DNA from: Gemmatimonadales bacterium
GTDB taxonomy: Bacteria > Gemmatimonadota > Gemmatimonadetes > Gemmatimonadales > GWC2-71-9
DNA: 64,000 bases
Reading direction: 5' to 3'
Assembly: GCA_025935995.1 (NCBI GenBank)
Contig: JAICUF010000001.1
Span: forward strand, 22,484 to 86,483
Both the position numbers and the translations under genes were made by a program. Positions 1-8,615 of this stretch are shown one piece after another. Positions within the stretch are counted from its first letter, which is position 1, and the number at the start of each line of letters is the position of its first letter. A model generated the notes under the pieces. The model worked only from the letters and a program-made list of their open reading frames with translations. It did no database searches and was not told the DNA's origin.

Positions 1-654
1 CCGCGCACCGCCGCCGCGCCCGACGATGCAGACGTCCACGTCGGCGAGGCGGTTGACGAGGCCCAGCGCGCGTACCAGCTCCGCCTCCGCGCCCTCGCCC
101 TGCACCCGCGCCGCGACGACGGCGAGGCGGCTGCAGGGCCAGCGCCGGCGGATCACGATCGTGACGTCCCGGAGCGCCGCGCCGTCGAGGCTCGTCACCA
201 CCGCGACGCAGCGCGCAAAGGCCGGAATCGGCCGCTTCCGCGTCGTGTCGAAGAGCCCGTCGCGCTGGAGCGCCGCCTTCACCCGTTCCAGCTCCTGCTG
301 CTGCTGGCCGATTGCGCTGGTCGGGATGACCGCCGTCGCGATGAGGCGGAATTCCCCCTTCTCCTCCCAGAGTCCGGGCGTGCCGAGGACGTACACCTCG
401 GTCCCGTCCTCGGGGGGACGTCCCGCCTTCGCCGCCTGCTGCTTCCACATGCAGCAGCGCACCTGACTCTTCGCGTCCCGGAGCGTGAAGTACCAGTGTC
501 CGCTCGACCACGCCTTGCACTGGATGACCTCGCCCCGCACCCACACGGCACCGAGGTTCCGGTCGAGCAGGCGGCGGACGGCGGCCGTCACCTGCGAGAC
601 GGACCAGACATCCTGGGTCGGAACGGGCGTTTCGAGGGGCAGCAGCGTCGTCAT
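1..654 (-). CDS. xseA: Exodeoxyribonuclease VII large subunit, N-terminal part (gene runs off the left edge of the window)
   Basis: Absent from the supplied ORF track because it has no stop inside the window. Manual minus-strand translation from ATG at 652-654 gives MTTLLPLETPVPTQDVWSVSQVTAAVRRLLDRNLGAVWVRGEVIQCKAWSSGHWYFTLRDAKSQVRCCMWKQQA...RCVAVVTSLDGAALRDVTIVIRRRWP... The frame stays open to position 1. The OB-fold motif 'GE.....SGHWYFTL.D' and the 'V.TS..GAA.RD' motif are typical of XseA. folD-xseA adjacency is common. Confidence 0.85.
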   Translation of the reverse strand, partial: MTTLLPLETPVPTQDVWSVSQVTAAVRRLLDRNLGAVWVRGEVIQCKAWSSGHWYFTLRDAKSQVRCCMWKQQAAKAGRPPEDGTEVYVLGTPGLWEEKGEFRLIATAVIPTSAIGQQQQELERVKAALQRDGLFDTTRKRPIPAFARCVAVVTSLDGAALRDVTIVIRRRWPCSRLAVVAARVQGEGAEAELVRALGLVNRLADVDVCIVGRGGGAR

Positions 655-672
655 CGAAGGGTCGGCGGACGG

Positions 673-1560
673 CTAGCGCGCGTCCGCCTGCTCCATGGCC
701 TGAAGGGTGTTGCGCAGCAGCATGGCGATCGTCATGGGCCCCACGCCGCCCGGCACGGGCGTGATGGCCGACGCGCGCTCGGCGACCTCGGCAAAGGCGA
801 CATCGCCGGCGAGGCGATAGCCCCTGGGCGACGCGGCGTCATCCACCCGATTGATTCCGACGTCGACGACGACCGCCCCCGGCTGCACCATGTCTCCCGT
901 CACGAACTCCGGCTTGCCGATCGCCACGATGAGGATGTCGGCGGTGCGCGTGATGCCGGGGAGATCGCGCGAGCGCGAGTGGCAGACGGTGACGGTGGCG
1001 TTGCCGCCGGGCCCGTCCTGCATCAGCAGGTTCGCCATCGGACGGCCGACGATGGTGGACCGGCCGACGATCACGGCGTGCGCCCCCTTCGTCTCGATGC
1101 CCGAGCGCACCAGCATCTGCTGCACGCCGTATGGCGTGGCCGGCCGGAACGCCGTCGGGTCGCCGAGGACGAGCTTGCCGACGTTGACCGGATGGAACCC
1201 GTCCACGTCCTTCGCCGGGTCGATCCGGCGGAGCACCTTCTCGCTGTTGATCTGCCTGGGCAGCGGAAGCTGCACCAGCATGCCGTGGATCGCCGGGTCG
1301 GCATTCAGGCGGTCGATCACGGCGAGGAGCTCGCCTTCACTCGCCGTGGCCGGCAGGCGGATCGTCTCCGAATGCATCCCCGCCTCGCCGCACGCCTTGC
1401 CCTTGGAGCGCACGTAGACCTGGCTCGCCGGATCCTCGCCGACGAGGACCACGGCCAGCCCGGGCACCCGGCCGCTCCCCGCCAGCTCGCGCACGCGATC
1501 GGCGACTTCGGCGCGAATCTCCCGGCCGAGGGCCGCGCCGTCCAGCAGGCGTGCCGTCAC
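673..1560 (-). CDS. folD: Bifunctional 5,10-methylene-tetrahydrofolate dehydrogenase / methenyl-THF cyclohydrolase
   Basis: ORF 673..2088 trimmed to GTG at 1558-1560, which forms a GTGA overlap with the rny stop. Motifs [11 protein letters not shown]...[20 protein letters not shown]...GMLVQLPLP...[13 protein letters not shown]...[17 protein letters not shown]...[15 protein letters not shown]. The upstream part of the ORF is an Arg/Pro-rich artefact. Confidence 0.95.
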   Translation of the reverse strand: MTARLLDGAALGREIRAEVADRVRELAGSGRVPGLAVVLVGEDPASQVYVRSKGKACGEAGMHSETIRLPATASEGELLAVIDRLNADPAIHGMLVQLPLPRQINSEKVLRRIDPAKDVDGFHPVNVGKLVLGDPTAFRPATPYGVQQMLVRSGIETKGAHAVIVGRSTIVGRPMANLLMQDGPGGNATVTVCHSRSRDLPGITRTADILIVAIGKPEFVTGDMVQPGAVVVDVGINRVDDAASPRGYRLAGDVAFAEVAERASAITPVPGGVGPMTIAMLLRNTLQAMEQADAR

Positions 1561-3134
1561 CGCGCGATGTCCACGGCGCGCGTCTCGCGAATCACGACGA
1601 CGCGGATCTGCCCCGGGTACTGGAGCTCGTTCTCGATCTTGCGGGCGATGGTCTCGGACAGCTGGGTCGCGGCGCCGTCGTCCACTTCGCTCGGCGTCAC
1701 GATGACGCGGATCTCGCGGCCCGCCTGGATGACGTTGCTCTTCTCGACGCCCGCGAACCCGTTCGCGATTTCCTCCAGTCGGGTGAGCCGCTTCACGTAG
1801 CTCTCGAAGGCTTCCCGTCGCGCGCCGGGCCGGGCGCCGCTGATCGCGTCGGCCGCCTGCACCAGGACCGACTCGGCGCTCTCGTGCGGGACGTCGTCGT
1901 GGTGGGCCTCGATGCAGTTGATCACGGGGGCGCTCTCGCCGTACTTCCGCGCCATCTCGACGCCGAGCTCGACGTGCGTGCCCTCGTGATCGTGCGTGAG
2001 CACCTTGCCGACATCGTGCAGGAGCCCGCCGCGCTTGGCCAGCGCGACGTCGAGGTGCAGCTCGGCCGCCATCATGCCGGCGAGCCACGCCACTTCCTTC
2101 GAATGGTCGAAGATGTTCTGGCCGTACGACGTGCGATACCGCATCCGGCCGATGAGCCGGATGAGCTCGGGGTGGAGCCCGTTCACGCCGGTCTCGAACG
2201 CCGCCTGCTCGCCCAGCTCGACCAGCTGCGCCTCGAGCTCCTTCTGCGACTTGGCGACGAGCTCCTCGATGCGGCCGGGATGAATCCTTCCGTCGACGAT
2301 CAGCGCCTCGAGCGAGCGGCGGGCCACCTCACGGCGGATGGGATCGAAGCAGGAGATCACCACCGTGTCGGGGGTGTCGTCGATGATCACGTCCACGCCG
2401 GTGGCGGTCTCGAACGCGCGGATGTTCCGCCCCTCGCGGCCGATGATCCGGCCCTTCATCTCGTCGTTGGGCAGCGTCACGGCCGCCACCGTCGTTTCGG
2501 CGGTGTGCTCGGCGGCGAGGCGCTGCGCCGCCATCGCGATGATGCGACGCGCCTCGCGATCGGCGCCCTTCCGTGCCTGCTCGCGGATGTCGCGCGCGAG
2601 GGCGGCGGCCTGGCTCCGCGCCTCGTCCTCGACGCGCTGGAGAATCTCGCGGCGGGCCTCCTCGGCGGTGAGCCCGGCGACCCGCTCGAGCCGCGCGCGC
2701 TGCTCCTGTCCCAGCCGCTCCAGCTCGGTCTCGCGCGTCCGCAGCGCCAGCTCGCGCTGCGCCAGCGTCTCCTCCCGGCGGCTGAACCCGCGGTCGCGCG
2801 TCTCGGCCTCCTCGAGCTTCCGGTCGAGCAGCCGTCCGCGATCCTCGATCCGCCGCTCCAGCCGCTCGAATTCCTCGCGGCGCCGCGCCAGATCGCGGTC
2901 GGCGTCCTCGCGCAGCTTGAGCGCCTCCATCTTGGCCGCGAGCTGCGCGCCCGTGCGCGCCGACTCGCTTTCGCGCGCGGCCTCGCCCCGCAGGCGATCG
3001 GCCTCCGCCTGCGCGGTCGCCAGGATCCCGGTGGCGGAGCGGCGCTGGGTGCGGGTGTACAGCAGGATGAATCCGAGCGCGACGGCGAGGCCGGCCGAGA
3101 GGCCGGCGATGAGCGCCAGAACGGTGTCGCTCAT
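1557..3134 (-). CDS. rny: Ribonuclease Y
   Basis: 525 aa. N-terminal membrane helix ([21 protein letters not shown]), long Glu/Arg coiled coil, KH domain ([15 protein letters not shown]) and HD domain (GGLLHDVGK...CIEAHHDD). This is the canonical RNase Y architecture. Confidence 0.95.
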   Translation of the reverse strand: MSDTVLALIAGLSAGLAVALGFILLYTRTQRRSATGILATAQAEADRLRGEAARESESARTGAQLAAKMEALKLREDADRDLARRREEFERLERRIEDRGRLLDRKLEEAETRDRGFSRREETLAQRELALRTRETELERLGQEQRARLERVAGLTAEEARREILQRVEDEARSQAAALARDIREQARKGADREARRIIAMAAQRLAAEHTAETTVAAVTLPNDEMKGRIIGREGRNIRAFETATGVDVIIDDTPDTVVISCFDPIRREVARRSLEALIVDGRIHPGRIEELVAKSQKELEAQLVELGEQAAFETGVNGLHPELIRLIGRMRYRTSYGQNIFDHSKEVAWLAGMMAAELHLDVALAKRGGLLHDVGKVLTHDHEGTHVELGVEMARKYGESAPVINCIEAHHDDVPHESAESVLVQAADAISGARPGARREAFESYVKRLTRLEEIANGFAGVEKSNVIQAGREIRVIVTPSEVDDGAATQLSETIARKIENELQYPGQIRVVVIRETRAVDIAR

Positions 3135-3454
3135 TCGGGCGCGGACGCGGCGCGCGGGCGCGCCGGCCGCTTGGCCGGCGGCAGGAGCCGCGCGATCTCG
3201 TCCGCCGCGGCGTTGAGCCGGGTGGCGATCTCACGGTCGCCGCGCCGCGCCTGGAACAGCTCATCCGTGATGGCGAGCCCGGCCAGGATCGCCGCCTTGT
3301 GCGACTCCACCATCGGAAGCATGTCCTTCACCCGCTTGAGCGCCGCGTCCAGGTAGGCGGCCACCTCGCGGGTGTACTCCGGCGGCAGCTCGGAGCGGAC
3401 GGCGTATTCCTCGCCGCCGATCACCACGCGAACCGCGCTCTTCGGCGCCGTCAC
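3131..3454 (-). CDS. zapA: Cell division protein ZapA
   Basis: 107 aa from GTG 3452-3454, a GTGA overlap with the upstream stop. Sequence VTAPKSAVRVVIGGEEYAVRSELPPEYTREVAAYLDAALKRV...HKAAILAGLAITDELF is ZapA-like. The longer ORF 3131..3886 is a shadow extension. Confidence 0.8.
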   Translation of the reverse strand: MTAPKSAVRVVIGGEEYAVRSELPPEYTREVAAYLDAALKRVKDMLPMVESHKAAILAGLAITDELFQARRGDREIATRLNAAADEIARLLPPAKRPARPRAASAPE

Positions 3455-3765
3455 GGCGCCACCTCCGCGGCCTGCTCGAGGAACGATACGCGGCCCGCGA
3501 GCGCCTTCACGCGGTCCTTCGCCGTGTCGACCCGCTGGCGCAGCATCGCGTTCTCGGTTTCCAGCTCGATCAGCCGCTGCCGGGCCTGGCCCAGCTCGGG
3601 TCCCGCCGCGGCGCCCCCCAGGGAACGCATCTCCTGCAACTCGGCCTCGGCCTTGAGCGTGCGGCGGCGCCAGCCCGCCACCTCTTCCGAGAGGTGGCGG
3701 AGCAGCTTCTCCAGATCGTCGACGGCCTTGAGATCGGGACGTTCGTAGGTGTAGGACACGGTCAT
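3451..3765 (-). CDS. Small coiled-coil protein (ZapB-like; function inferred only from heptad character and position before zapA)
   Basis: 104 aa: MTVSYTYERPDLKAVDDLEKLLRHLSEEV...LIELETENAMLRQRVDTAKDRVKAL. ATGA overlap with the pheT stop and GTGA overlap with the zapA start. Confidence 0.6.
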   Translation of the reverse strand: MTVSYTYERPDLKAVDDLEKLLRHLSEEVAGWRRRTLKAEAELQEMRSLGGAAAGPELGQARQRLIELETENAMLRQRVDTAKDRVKALAGRVSFLEQAAEVAP

Positions 3766-6149
3766 CGCTCCGGCGCCGGGGCGCCCTGGTCGCGGCGGTG
3801 CACGCCAAGCTCGCGGTCGAGTACGCCAAGCAGGCGCGACTCCGCCCGGTCCACCTCGGGTGTTTCCAGTGTACGGTCCGTGGCACGGAAGGTCAGGTGG
3901 AACGTGACACTCCGGCGGCCCGCGGGCAAGTCGCCGCTCCGGTACTCGCCGGTGACCGCGACGGTCTCGAGGAGCGGCTCACCCGCAGCGCGCAGCGCGC
4001 CGACGACGCGCGCGGCGGGGAGCTCGTCGGGAACGAGGAGCGTGAGGTCGCGCCCCGCGGCCGGCGTGACCGGGAGCGGGCGATACGAGTGCGCGATCCG
4101 CGGGCCGATCGCGACGTCGAGCTCCAGCCCGAAGAGCGGCGCGGCCCAGGGCGGTGCATCGGCATCGAGGAGCGCGGCACGACCCTGTTCGCGGGCGGCG
4201 ACTCCCGCGACCCATCCTCCGTCGCCCGGCACGACCCCGGACCCGGGCGCCGCGAGCGCGCTCACCCGCTCGAACAGTCCCTTGAGGTCCCAGAGGTCGC
4301 AGTCGGTACGCGAGCCGTCGCTCCAGTGCGCCGGCGCGCGCGACCCGGTGATCGCCACCGCGACGCGGACCGTCTCCCGCGGCAAGCCGCCCGGCGTGCC
4401 CGGGGCGAAGACGGTACCGATCTCGAAGAGTCGGACGTCACGCACCTGCGCCGCCCAGTTGAGCTCCACGAGCCGGACCAGGCCCGGCAGGAGACTCGAT
4501 CGCAGGTGCCCTTCGGTGGCGGCGAGCGGGTTGAGGATGCGGACGCTCTCGCCCGCGGCGGCCGTCATGGGCAGCGCGGCGACCTCGAACAGTCCCTCCG
4601 CCACCAGCATCCGCCGGAGCTCCGCCGCCCGCGTGAAGGCAGGATCGTCGCGCTGCACGCCGGGCCGGGCCGGTCTGATCTCGTCCGGGATGGCGTCGTA
4701 GCCGTGCATTCGTGCCACTTCCTCGACCAGGTCGATCTCCGACGCCAGATCGGGCCGCCAGCCGGGGACGTCCACCGCGATCCGGCCGTCGTCGGGCTTG
4801 GAGACGACCGTGGCGCCGATGGCGACCAGGCAGCGCTCGATCTCACGCCAGGCAAGCTCGACGCCGAGCACCTGCGCCACGCGCGCGGGACGAAGGAAGA
4901 TGCGCGGCGGGTGCGTGACCGTCGGCCAGAGGTCGACCGGATCCGCGGCGAGCTCGCCGCCGGCGGTAAGCTGGATCAGCTCGACGCAGCGCCGGAGGGC
5001 CTCCGCGCCATTCCACCGGTCGACGCCGCGCTCGAACCGGAAACTCGCCTCGGTGCTGAGGCCAAGGGCGCGACGCGTCCGCCGGACGCCCGCCGGCTCG
5101 AACCAGGCGCACTCGAGGAACAGGTCCTTCGTCTCGGCCGACACCTCCGACCCGGCGCCGCCCATCACGCCGGCGATCCCGATCGCGCCGCCGCCGTCGG
5201 CGATCACGGTCATCGCATCGTCCAGCGCGCGATCCACGGCGTCGAGGGTCCGGACCCGCTCACCCGCATGCGCGCGCCGGGCCACGACCCTGGCGCCCCG
5301 CAGGGTCGCCAGATCGTACGCGTGCATCGGCTGGTTGAGCTCGAACATGACGTAGTTGGTCGCGTCGACCACGTTGTTGATCGAGCGCACGCCGACCGTC
5401 TCGAGGCGACGCGCGAGCCACGCTGGAGAGGGACCGACGCGGACGTCGCGCAGCACCGCGCCGAGGAAGCGGCCGCAGCCGTCCGGATCCTCGATGCTGA
5501 CGGTGACGCCGCCGGTGACCGCCGTCGTGCCGGAGCGGGCGGGCGCAGCCATGGTCGCGCCGATCGACCCGGGCAGCTGCGGCAAGCGGAACTGCACGCC
5601 GCAGGACGCCGCGAGCTCGCGGGCGATCCCCTTGTGCCCGAGGAGGTCGGGCCGGTTGGGCGTGACATCGAGCACGATCCGCGTGTCGGCCAGCGGCACG
5701 GCGGTGAGCAGGGGCGTGCCGGGAGCGGCCTCGGTGTCGAGCTCCCAGAGACCATGATGGTCGTCGCCGAGGCCGAGCTCGCGGGCGGAGCAGAGCATGC
5801 CTTCGGAGACTTCGCCGCGGAGCTTCCGCTTCTCGATCCGGAGCCCGCCCGGCAGCGTCGCGCCTACGGGGGCGAAGGGATAGCGGCGCCCCGCGGCGAC
5901 GTTCGGCGCGCCGCACACGACGTTGCGCCGGGTGCCGGAGCCGTCGTCCACCACGCAGACGCGGAGGCGGTCGGCGTTGGGATGCGGCGACGCCGATTCG
6001 ACCACGCCGACGACGATGTCGTCGAGCCCGGCGTGCAGCGGCACGACGGCGTCGGCCGGCGCGCCGAGGGATCCGAGTCGCGCGGCCACTTCCGACGGAT
6101 CGAGCGGGCGGCGGAGGAAATCGCTCAGCCAGGCGACCGAGACGTTCAT
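3762..6149 (-). CDS. pheT: Phenylalanine--tRNA ligase beta subunit
   Basis: ORF 3762..6395 trimmed to ATG 6147-6149, an ATGA overlap with the pheS stop. Sequence MNVSVAWLSDFLRRPLDPSEVAARL... with a tRNA-binding OB (HPNADRLRVCVVDDG), B3/4 and B5 regions and a C-terminal anticodon-binding domain. Confidence 0.95.
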   Translation of the reverse strand: MNVSVAWLSDFLRRPLDPSEVAARLGSLGAPADAVVPLHAGLDDIVVGVVESASPHPNADRLRVCVVDDGSGTRRNVVCGAPNVAAGRRYPFAPVGATLPGGLRIEKRKLRGEVSEGMLCSARELGLGDDHHGLWELDTEAAPGTPLLTAVPLADTRIVLDVTPNRPDLLGHKGIARELAASCGVQFRLPQLPGSIGATMAAPARSGTTAVTGGVTVSIEDPDGCGRFLGAVLRDVRVGPSPAWLARRLETVGVRSINNVVDATNYVMFELNQPMHAYDLATLRGARVVARRAHAGERVRTLDAVDRALDDAMTVIADGGGAIGIAGVMGGAGSEVSAETKDLFLECAWFEPAGVRRTRRALGLSTEASFRFERGVDRWNGAEALRRCVELIQLTAGGELAADPVDLWPTVTHPPRIFLRPARVAQVLGVELAWREIERCLVAIGATVVSKPDDGRIAVDVPGWRPDLASEIDLVEEVARMHGYDAIPDEIRPARPGVQRDDPAFTRAAELRRMLVAEGLFEVAALPMTAAAGESVRILNPLAATEGHLRSSLLPGLVRLVELNWAAQVRDVRLFEIGTVFAPGTPGGLPRETVRVAVAITGSRAPAHWSDGSRTDCDLWDLKGLFERVSALAAPGSGVVPGDGGWVAGVAAREQGRAALLDADAPPWAAPLFGLELDVAIGPRIAHSYRPLPVTPAAGRDLTLLVPDELPAARVVGALRAAGEPLLETVAVTGEYRSGDLPAGRRSVTFHLTFRATDRTLETPEVDRAESRLLGVLDRELGVHRRDQGAPAPER

Positions 6150-7216
6150 CGCCCACCTCCGGCGAGCTGGCCGAGGAAGCGCATGTCGCCCTCGTAGAGC
6201 AGCCGGATGTCGGGGATGCCGTAGCGGAGCATCGCGATCCGGTGGGGCCCCATGCCGAAGGCGAAGCCGGTGTAGCGCTCGGCATCCACGCCGCAGTTGC
6301 TCAGGACGTTCGGATGCACCATGCCGCAGCCGAGGATCTCCATCCAGCCCGTCCCCTTGCAGGCGGCGCACCCGCTCCCGCCGCATATCTGACATCCGAC
6401 ATCCATCTCGGCCGAGGGTTCCGTGAAGGGGAAGAACGACGGACGGAACCGCACCCTCGTGTCGGGCGCGAAGAAGCGGCGGGCGAAGTGGCCGAGCGTC
6501 GCCTTGAGATCGACAAAGGAGATCCCCTCGTCCACCGCCAGGCCCTCGAGCTGCGTGAAGGCGGGCGCATGCGACGCGTCGAAGGGATCGTTCCGGTAGG
6601 CGAGCCCCGGAATGACGACACGCACCGGCGGCCCCGACTCGAGCAGCGTCCGGATCTGCACCGGCGACGTGTGGGTCCGGAGGACGATGCGTCCGCCGCG
6701 CTCACCCGGCACCTCGGGAAGATCGAGGTACAGGGTGTCGTGCATGTCCATGGCCGGGTGATCGGGCGGGAAGTTGAGCGCGCCGAAGTTGTACCACTCG
6801 GTCTCCGCTTCCGGCCCCGTCGCCACGGCGAAGCCCAGCTCCCGGAAGATCTCCACGATCTCGGCGATGACGCGGGTGACGGGATGCTCGGCGCCGATCC
6901 AGCGGCCGCGCCCGGGCATCGTGAGGTCGATGCCAGCCGACTCCCGCCCGCGCCGCTCGGCCTCGAGGTCGGCGGCGCGCGCATCGAACGCGGCCTCGAA
7001 TTCCTGCTTGAGCTGGTTGACCTCGGCGCCGAATGCGCGGCGCGCCTCGGGATCGAGCGAGGGGAGGGTGCGGAGCAGCGCCGTCAGCTCCCCGCCCTTC
7101 CGGCCCAGCACCGCGATCCGCTCGGCGGCCAGCGCGGCCGCATCGAGCGAGCGCACGCGCGCAAGGCGCTCGCGGAGCGTCGAGAGGGCGGATCGATCGT
7201 GGCGCGGCTCGGTCAT
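6146..7216 (-). CDS. pheS: Phenylalanine--tRNA ligase alpha subunit
   Basis: Class II aaRS motifs: HPVTRVIAEIVEIFRELGF, FPPDHPAMDMHDTLY, LRTHTSPVQIR, FRPSFFPFTEPSAEMDV, GCGMVHPNVL, AFGMGPHRIAMLRYGI. Start set at ATG 7214-7216 (MTEPRHD...). The alternative ATG at 7261 lies inside a strong hairpin. Confidence 0.93.
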   Translation of the reverse strand: MTEPRHDRSALSTLRERLARVRSLDAAALAAERIAVLGRKGGELTALLRTLPSLDPEARRAFGAEVNQLKQEFEAAFDARAADLEAERRGRESAGIDLTMPGRGRWIGAEHPVTRVIAEIVEIFRELGFAVATGPEAETEWYNFGALNFPPDHPAMDMHDTLYLDLPEVPGERGGRIVLRTHTSPVQIRTLLESGPPVRVVIPGLAYRNDPFDASHAPAFTQLEGLAVDEGISFVDLKATLGHFARRFFAPDTRVRFRPSFFPFTEPSAEMDVGCQICGGSGCAACKGTGWMEILGCGMVHPNVLSNCGVDAERYTGFAFGMGPHRIAMLRYGIPDIRLLYEGDMRFLGQLAGGGR

Positions 7217-7247
7217 GGACGGCGAGGGCAGGAGGACGGATGCGCTC

Positions 7248-7276
7248 GGGGCTGCCTGCACCCGGCAGGCAGCCCC
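7248..7276. other. Perfect 11-bp stem-loop (GGGGCTGCCTG-N7-CAGGCAGCCCC) between rplT and pheS
   Basis: Read directly from the sequence. 7248-7258 pairs with 7266-7276. No U-tract follows on either strand, so it is not a classical intrinsic terminator. Confidence 0.6.
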
Positions 7277-7307
7277 GGAAGGTACCAGATCAGCCGCGCG
7301 GCGCGGC

Positions 7308-7664
7308 CTACGCCTCGGGACCCCGGGCCAGCTCGGCCAGCTTCCCGAAGGCTTCGAGGTCGTGGACGGCGAGGTCGGCGAGCACCTTGCGGTTCACGTC
7401 CACGCCCGCCGTCTTGAGCCCGGCCATCAGCCGGCTGTAGCTCAGGCCGTGCAGCCGCGCGGCGGCGTTGATGCGGGTGATCCAGAGCGCCCGGAACTCG
7501 CCCTTCTTCTTCCGGCGGTCGCGGTAGGCGTAGCGCATGCCGCGCTCGACCGTCTCCTTGGCCGCCTTGTACAGCTTGCTCCGGCCGCCGCGTGCGCCCT
7601 TGGCGGCTTCCATGATCTTCTTCTTCCGGGCGTGGTGGGCGACGCCGTTCTTTACGCGAGGCAT
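7308..7664 (-). CDS. rplT: 50S ribosomal protein L20
   Basis: 118 aa: [70 protein letters not shown]. Unmistakable L20. Confidence 0.97.
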   Translation of the reverse strand: MPRVKNGVAHHARKKKIMEAAKGARGGRSKLYKAAKETVERGMRYAYRDRRKKKGEFRALWITRINAAARLHGLSYSRLMAGLKTAGVDVNRKVLADLAVHDLEAFGKLAELARGPEA

Positions 7665-7676
7665 GACAGTTTCCCC

Positions 7677-7871
7677 TTACGCCTGGAGGAGGCGGCTCAC
7701 GCGCGGGAAGTCAGCCGAGCTGACGACATCGCCCTTCTTGAGGCGATTCTTCCGCTTGCGCGTCTTCTTGGTCAGAATGTGGCTGTGGTTGGCGTGGAAG
7801 CGCTTGAGCTCCCCCGACCCCGTCTTCTTGAAGCGCTTCATGGCCGCGCGCTTCGTCTTCATCTTCGGCAT
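7677..7871 (-). CDS. rpmI: 50S ribosomal protein L35
   Basis: 64 aa: [44 protein letters not shown]. Sits between infC and rplT. Confidence 0.97.
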   Translation of the reverse strand: MPKMKTKRAAMKRFKKTGSGELKRFHANHSHILTKKTRKRKNRLKKGDVVSSADFPRVSRLLQA

Positions 7872-7896
7872 CGTCGCTCCTGATTGTGCGGACCGG

Positions 7897-8418
7897 TCAG
7901 CGCGGCCCCAGTACCATCGTCATGTTCTTGCCCTCGAGCTTCGCGTCCATCTCGACCTTGCCCACGTCGGCGAGGTCCGCCGCCACCCGGTCGAGGACCG
8001 CCTTGCCCAGCTCGATGTGCGCGATCTGTCGCCCGCGGAACATCATGGTCACCTTGACCTTGTTGCCCTCGCCCAGGAACTCGCGGGCGTGGCGGGTCTT
8101 GAAGTCGAAATCGTGATCGTCGATGCCCGGCCGATACTTCACTTCCTTCAGCAGAATCACGTGCTGCTTCTTCTTGGCCGCGCGTGCCGCCTTCGCCTCC
8201 TCGAACTTGAACTTGCCGTAGTCCATGATCTTGACCACGGGAGGCCGGGCGGTGGGCGCCACCTCCACCAGATCGAGCCCGCGCTCCTGGGCCGCCGCGA
8301 GGGCCTCCTCGATCGGCAGCACGCCCAGCTGTTCGCCATCCGCCGTGATCACCCGGACCGGGCTGATGCGGATCATTCGATTGATGCGGGTCCGCTTTTC
8401 GCGATCGTTAGTCGACAG
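7897..8418 (-). CDS. infC: Translation initiation factor IF-3 (probable non-ATG, CTG, start)
   Basis: Sequence ...[72 protein letters not shown]...[18 protein letters not shown]...[17 protein letters not shown] (8424-8428) lies 5 nt before in-frame CTG (8416-8418). The ORF-track ATG at 8451 sits inside a terminator hairpin. The next ATG (8376) would delete the conserved 'RIN' N-terminus. Confidence 0.85.
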   Translation of the reverse strand: MSTNDREKRTRINRMIRISPVRVITADGEQLGVLPIEEALAAAQERGLDLVEVAPTARPPVVKIMDYGKFKFEEAKAARAAKKKQHVILLKEVKYRPGIDDHDFDFKTRHAREFLGEGNKVKVTMMFRGRQIAHIELGKAVLDRVAADLADVGKVEMDAKLEGKNMTMVLGPR

Positions 8419-8430
8419 TCGTACCTCCAG

Positions 8431-8471
8431 CCACAAAAAGAAAACGGACATCCGGAGCCCACCGGATGTCC
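8431..8471 (-). terminator. Intrinsic terminator / attenuator immediately upstream of the infC Shine-Dalgarno
   Basis: Minus strand reads GGACATCCGG-TGGGCT-CCGGATCTCC-type hairpin: a perfect 10-bp stem (8446-8455 / 8462-8471) followed by GTTTTCTTTTTGTGG. Confidence 0.7.
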
Positions 8472-8615
8472 GAGAACGATGGACGCCCGCCCGCAGGAAG
8501 GCCGTCCGCCAGTTGCCAGGACCCGGTCACGCTGCCTGCCGGCAGGCTCGAGGGTGGGACCGATGACCGCAGTCCGCTTGAACGGCGGGAAGTGTAGGCG
8601 CCGCCCCCGGATAAG

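Noticed and set aside
26-466. Plus-strand ORF 26..466 (146 aa) as the gene at the left edge.
   Set aside because: Its translation is rich in Arg, Ser, Thr and Ala and has no motifs. It is antisense to the clear XseA reading frame.
1551-3356. Very long alternative-frame or antisense ORFs. Examples: 496..1800 +, 1551..3356 +, 3798..6197 +, 6242..7417 +, 10183..12264 +, 19991..21892 +, 21088..23031 +, 37950..39692 +, 47798..49852 +, 54121..56604 +, 54980..57202 -, 57682..59403 -, 60373..62238 +.
   Set aside because: All are Arg/Ala/Gly/Pro/His-rich low-complexity translations with no recognisable motifs. Each lies entirely over a gene on another frame or strand that has an unambiguous family signature. 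This is the expected shadow-ORF artefact when stop codons are rare in very GC-rich DNA.
7217-7261. ATG at 7261 as the pheS start.
   Set aside because: It falls inside the 11-bp stem-loop at 7248-7276 and adds a non-conserved 15-aa extension. ATG 7216 (MTEPRHD...) is preferred, though this is not proven.
8419-8451. ATG at 8451 as the infC start codon (ORF-track start).
   Set aside because: That ATG and the following codons (MSVFFLWLEV) are the 3' arm and U-tract of a perfect terminator hairpin, and they lie upstream of the SD GGAGG. They are very unlikely to be coding.
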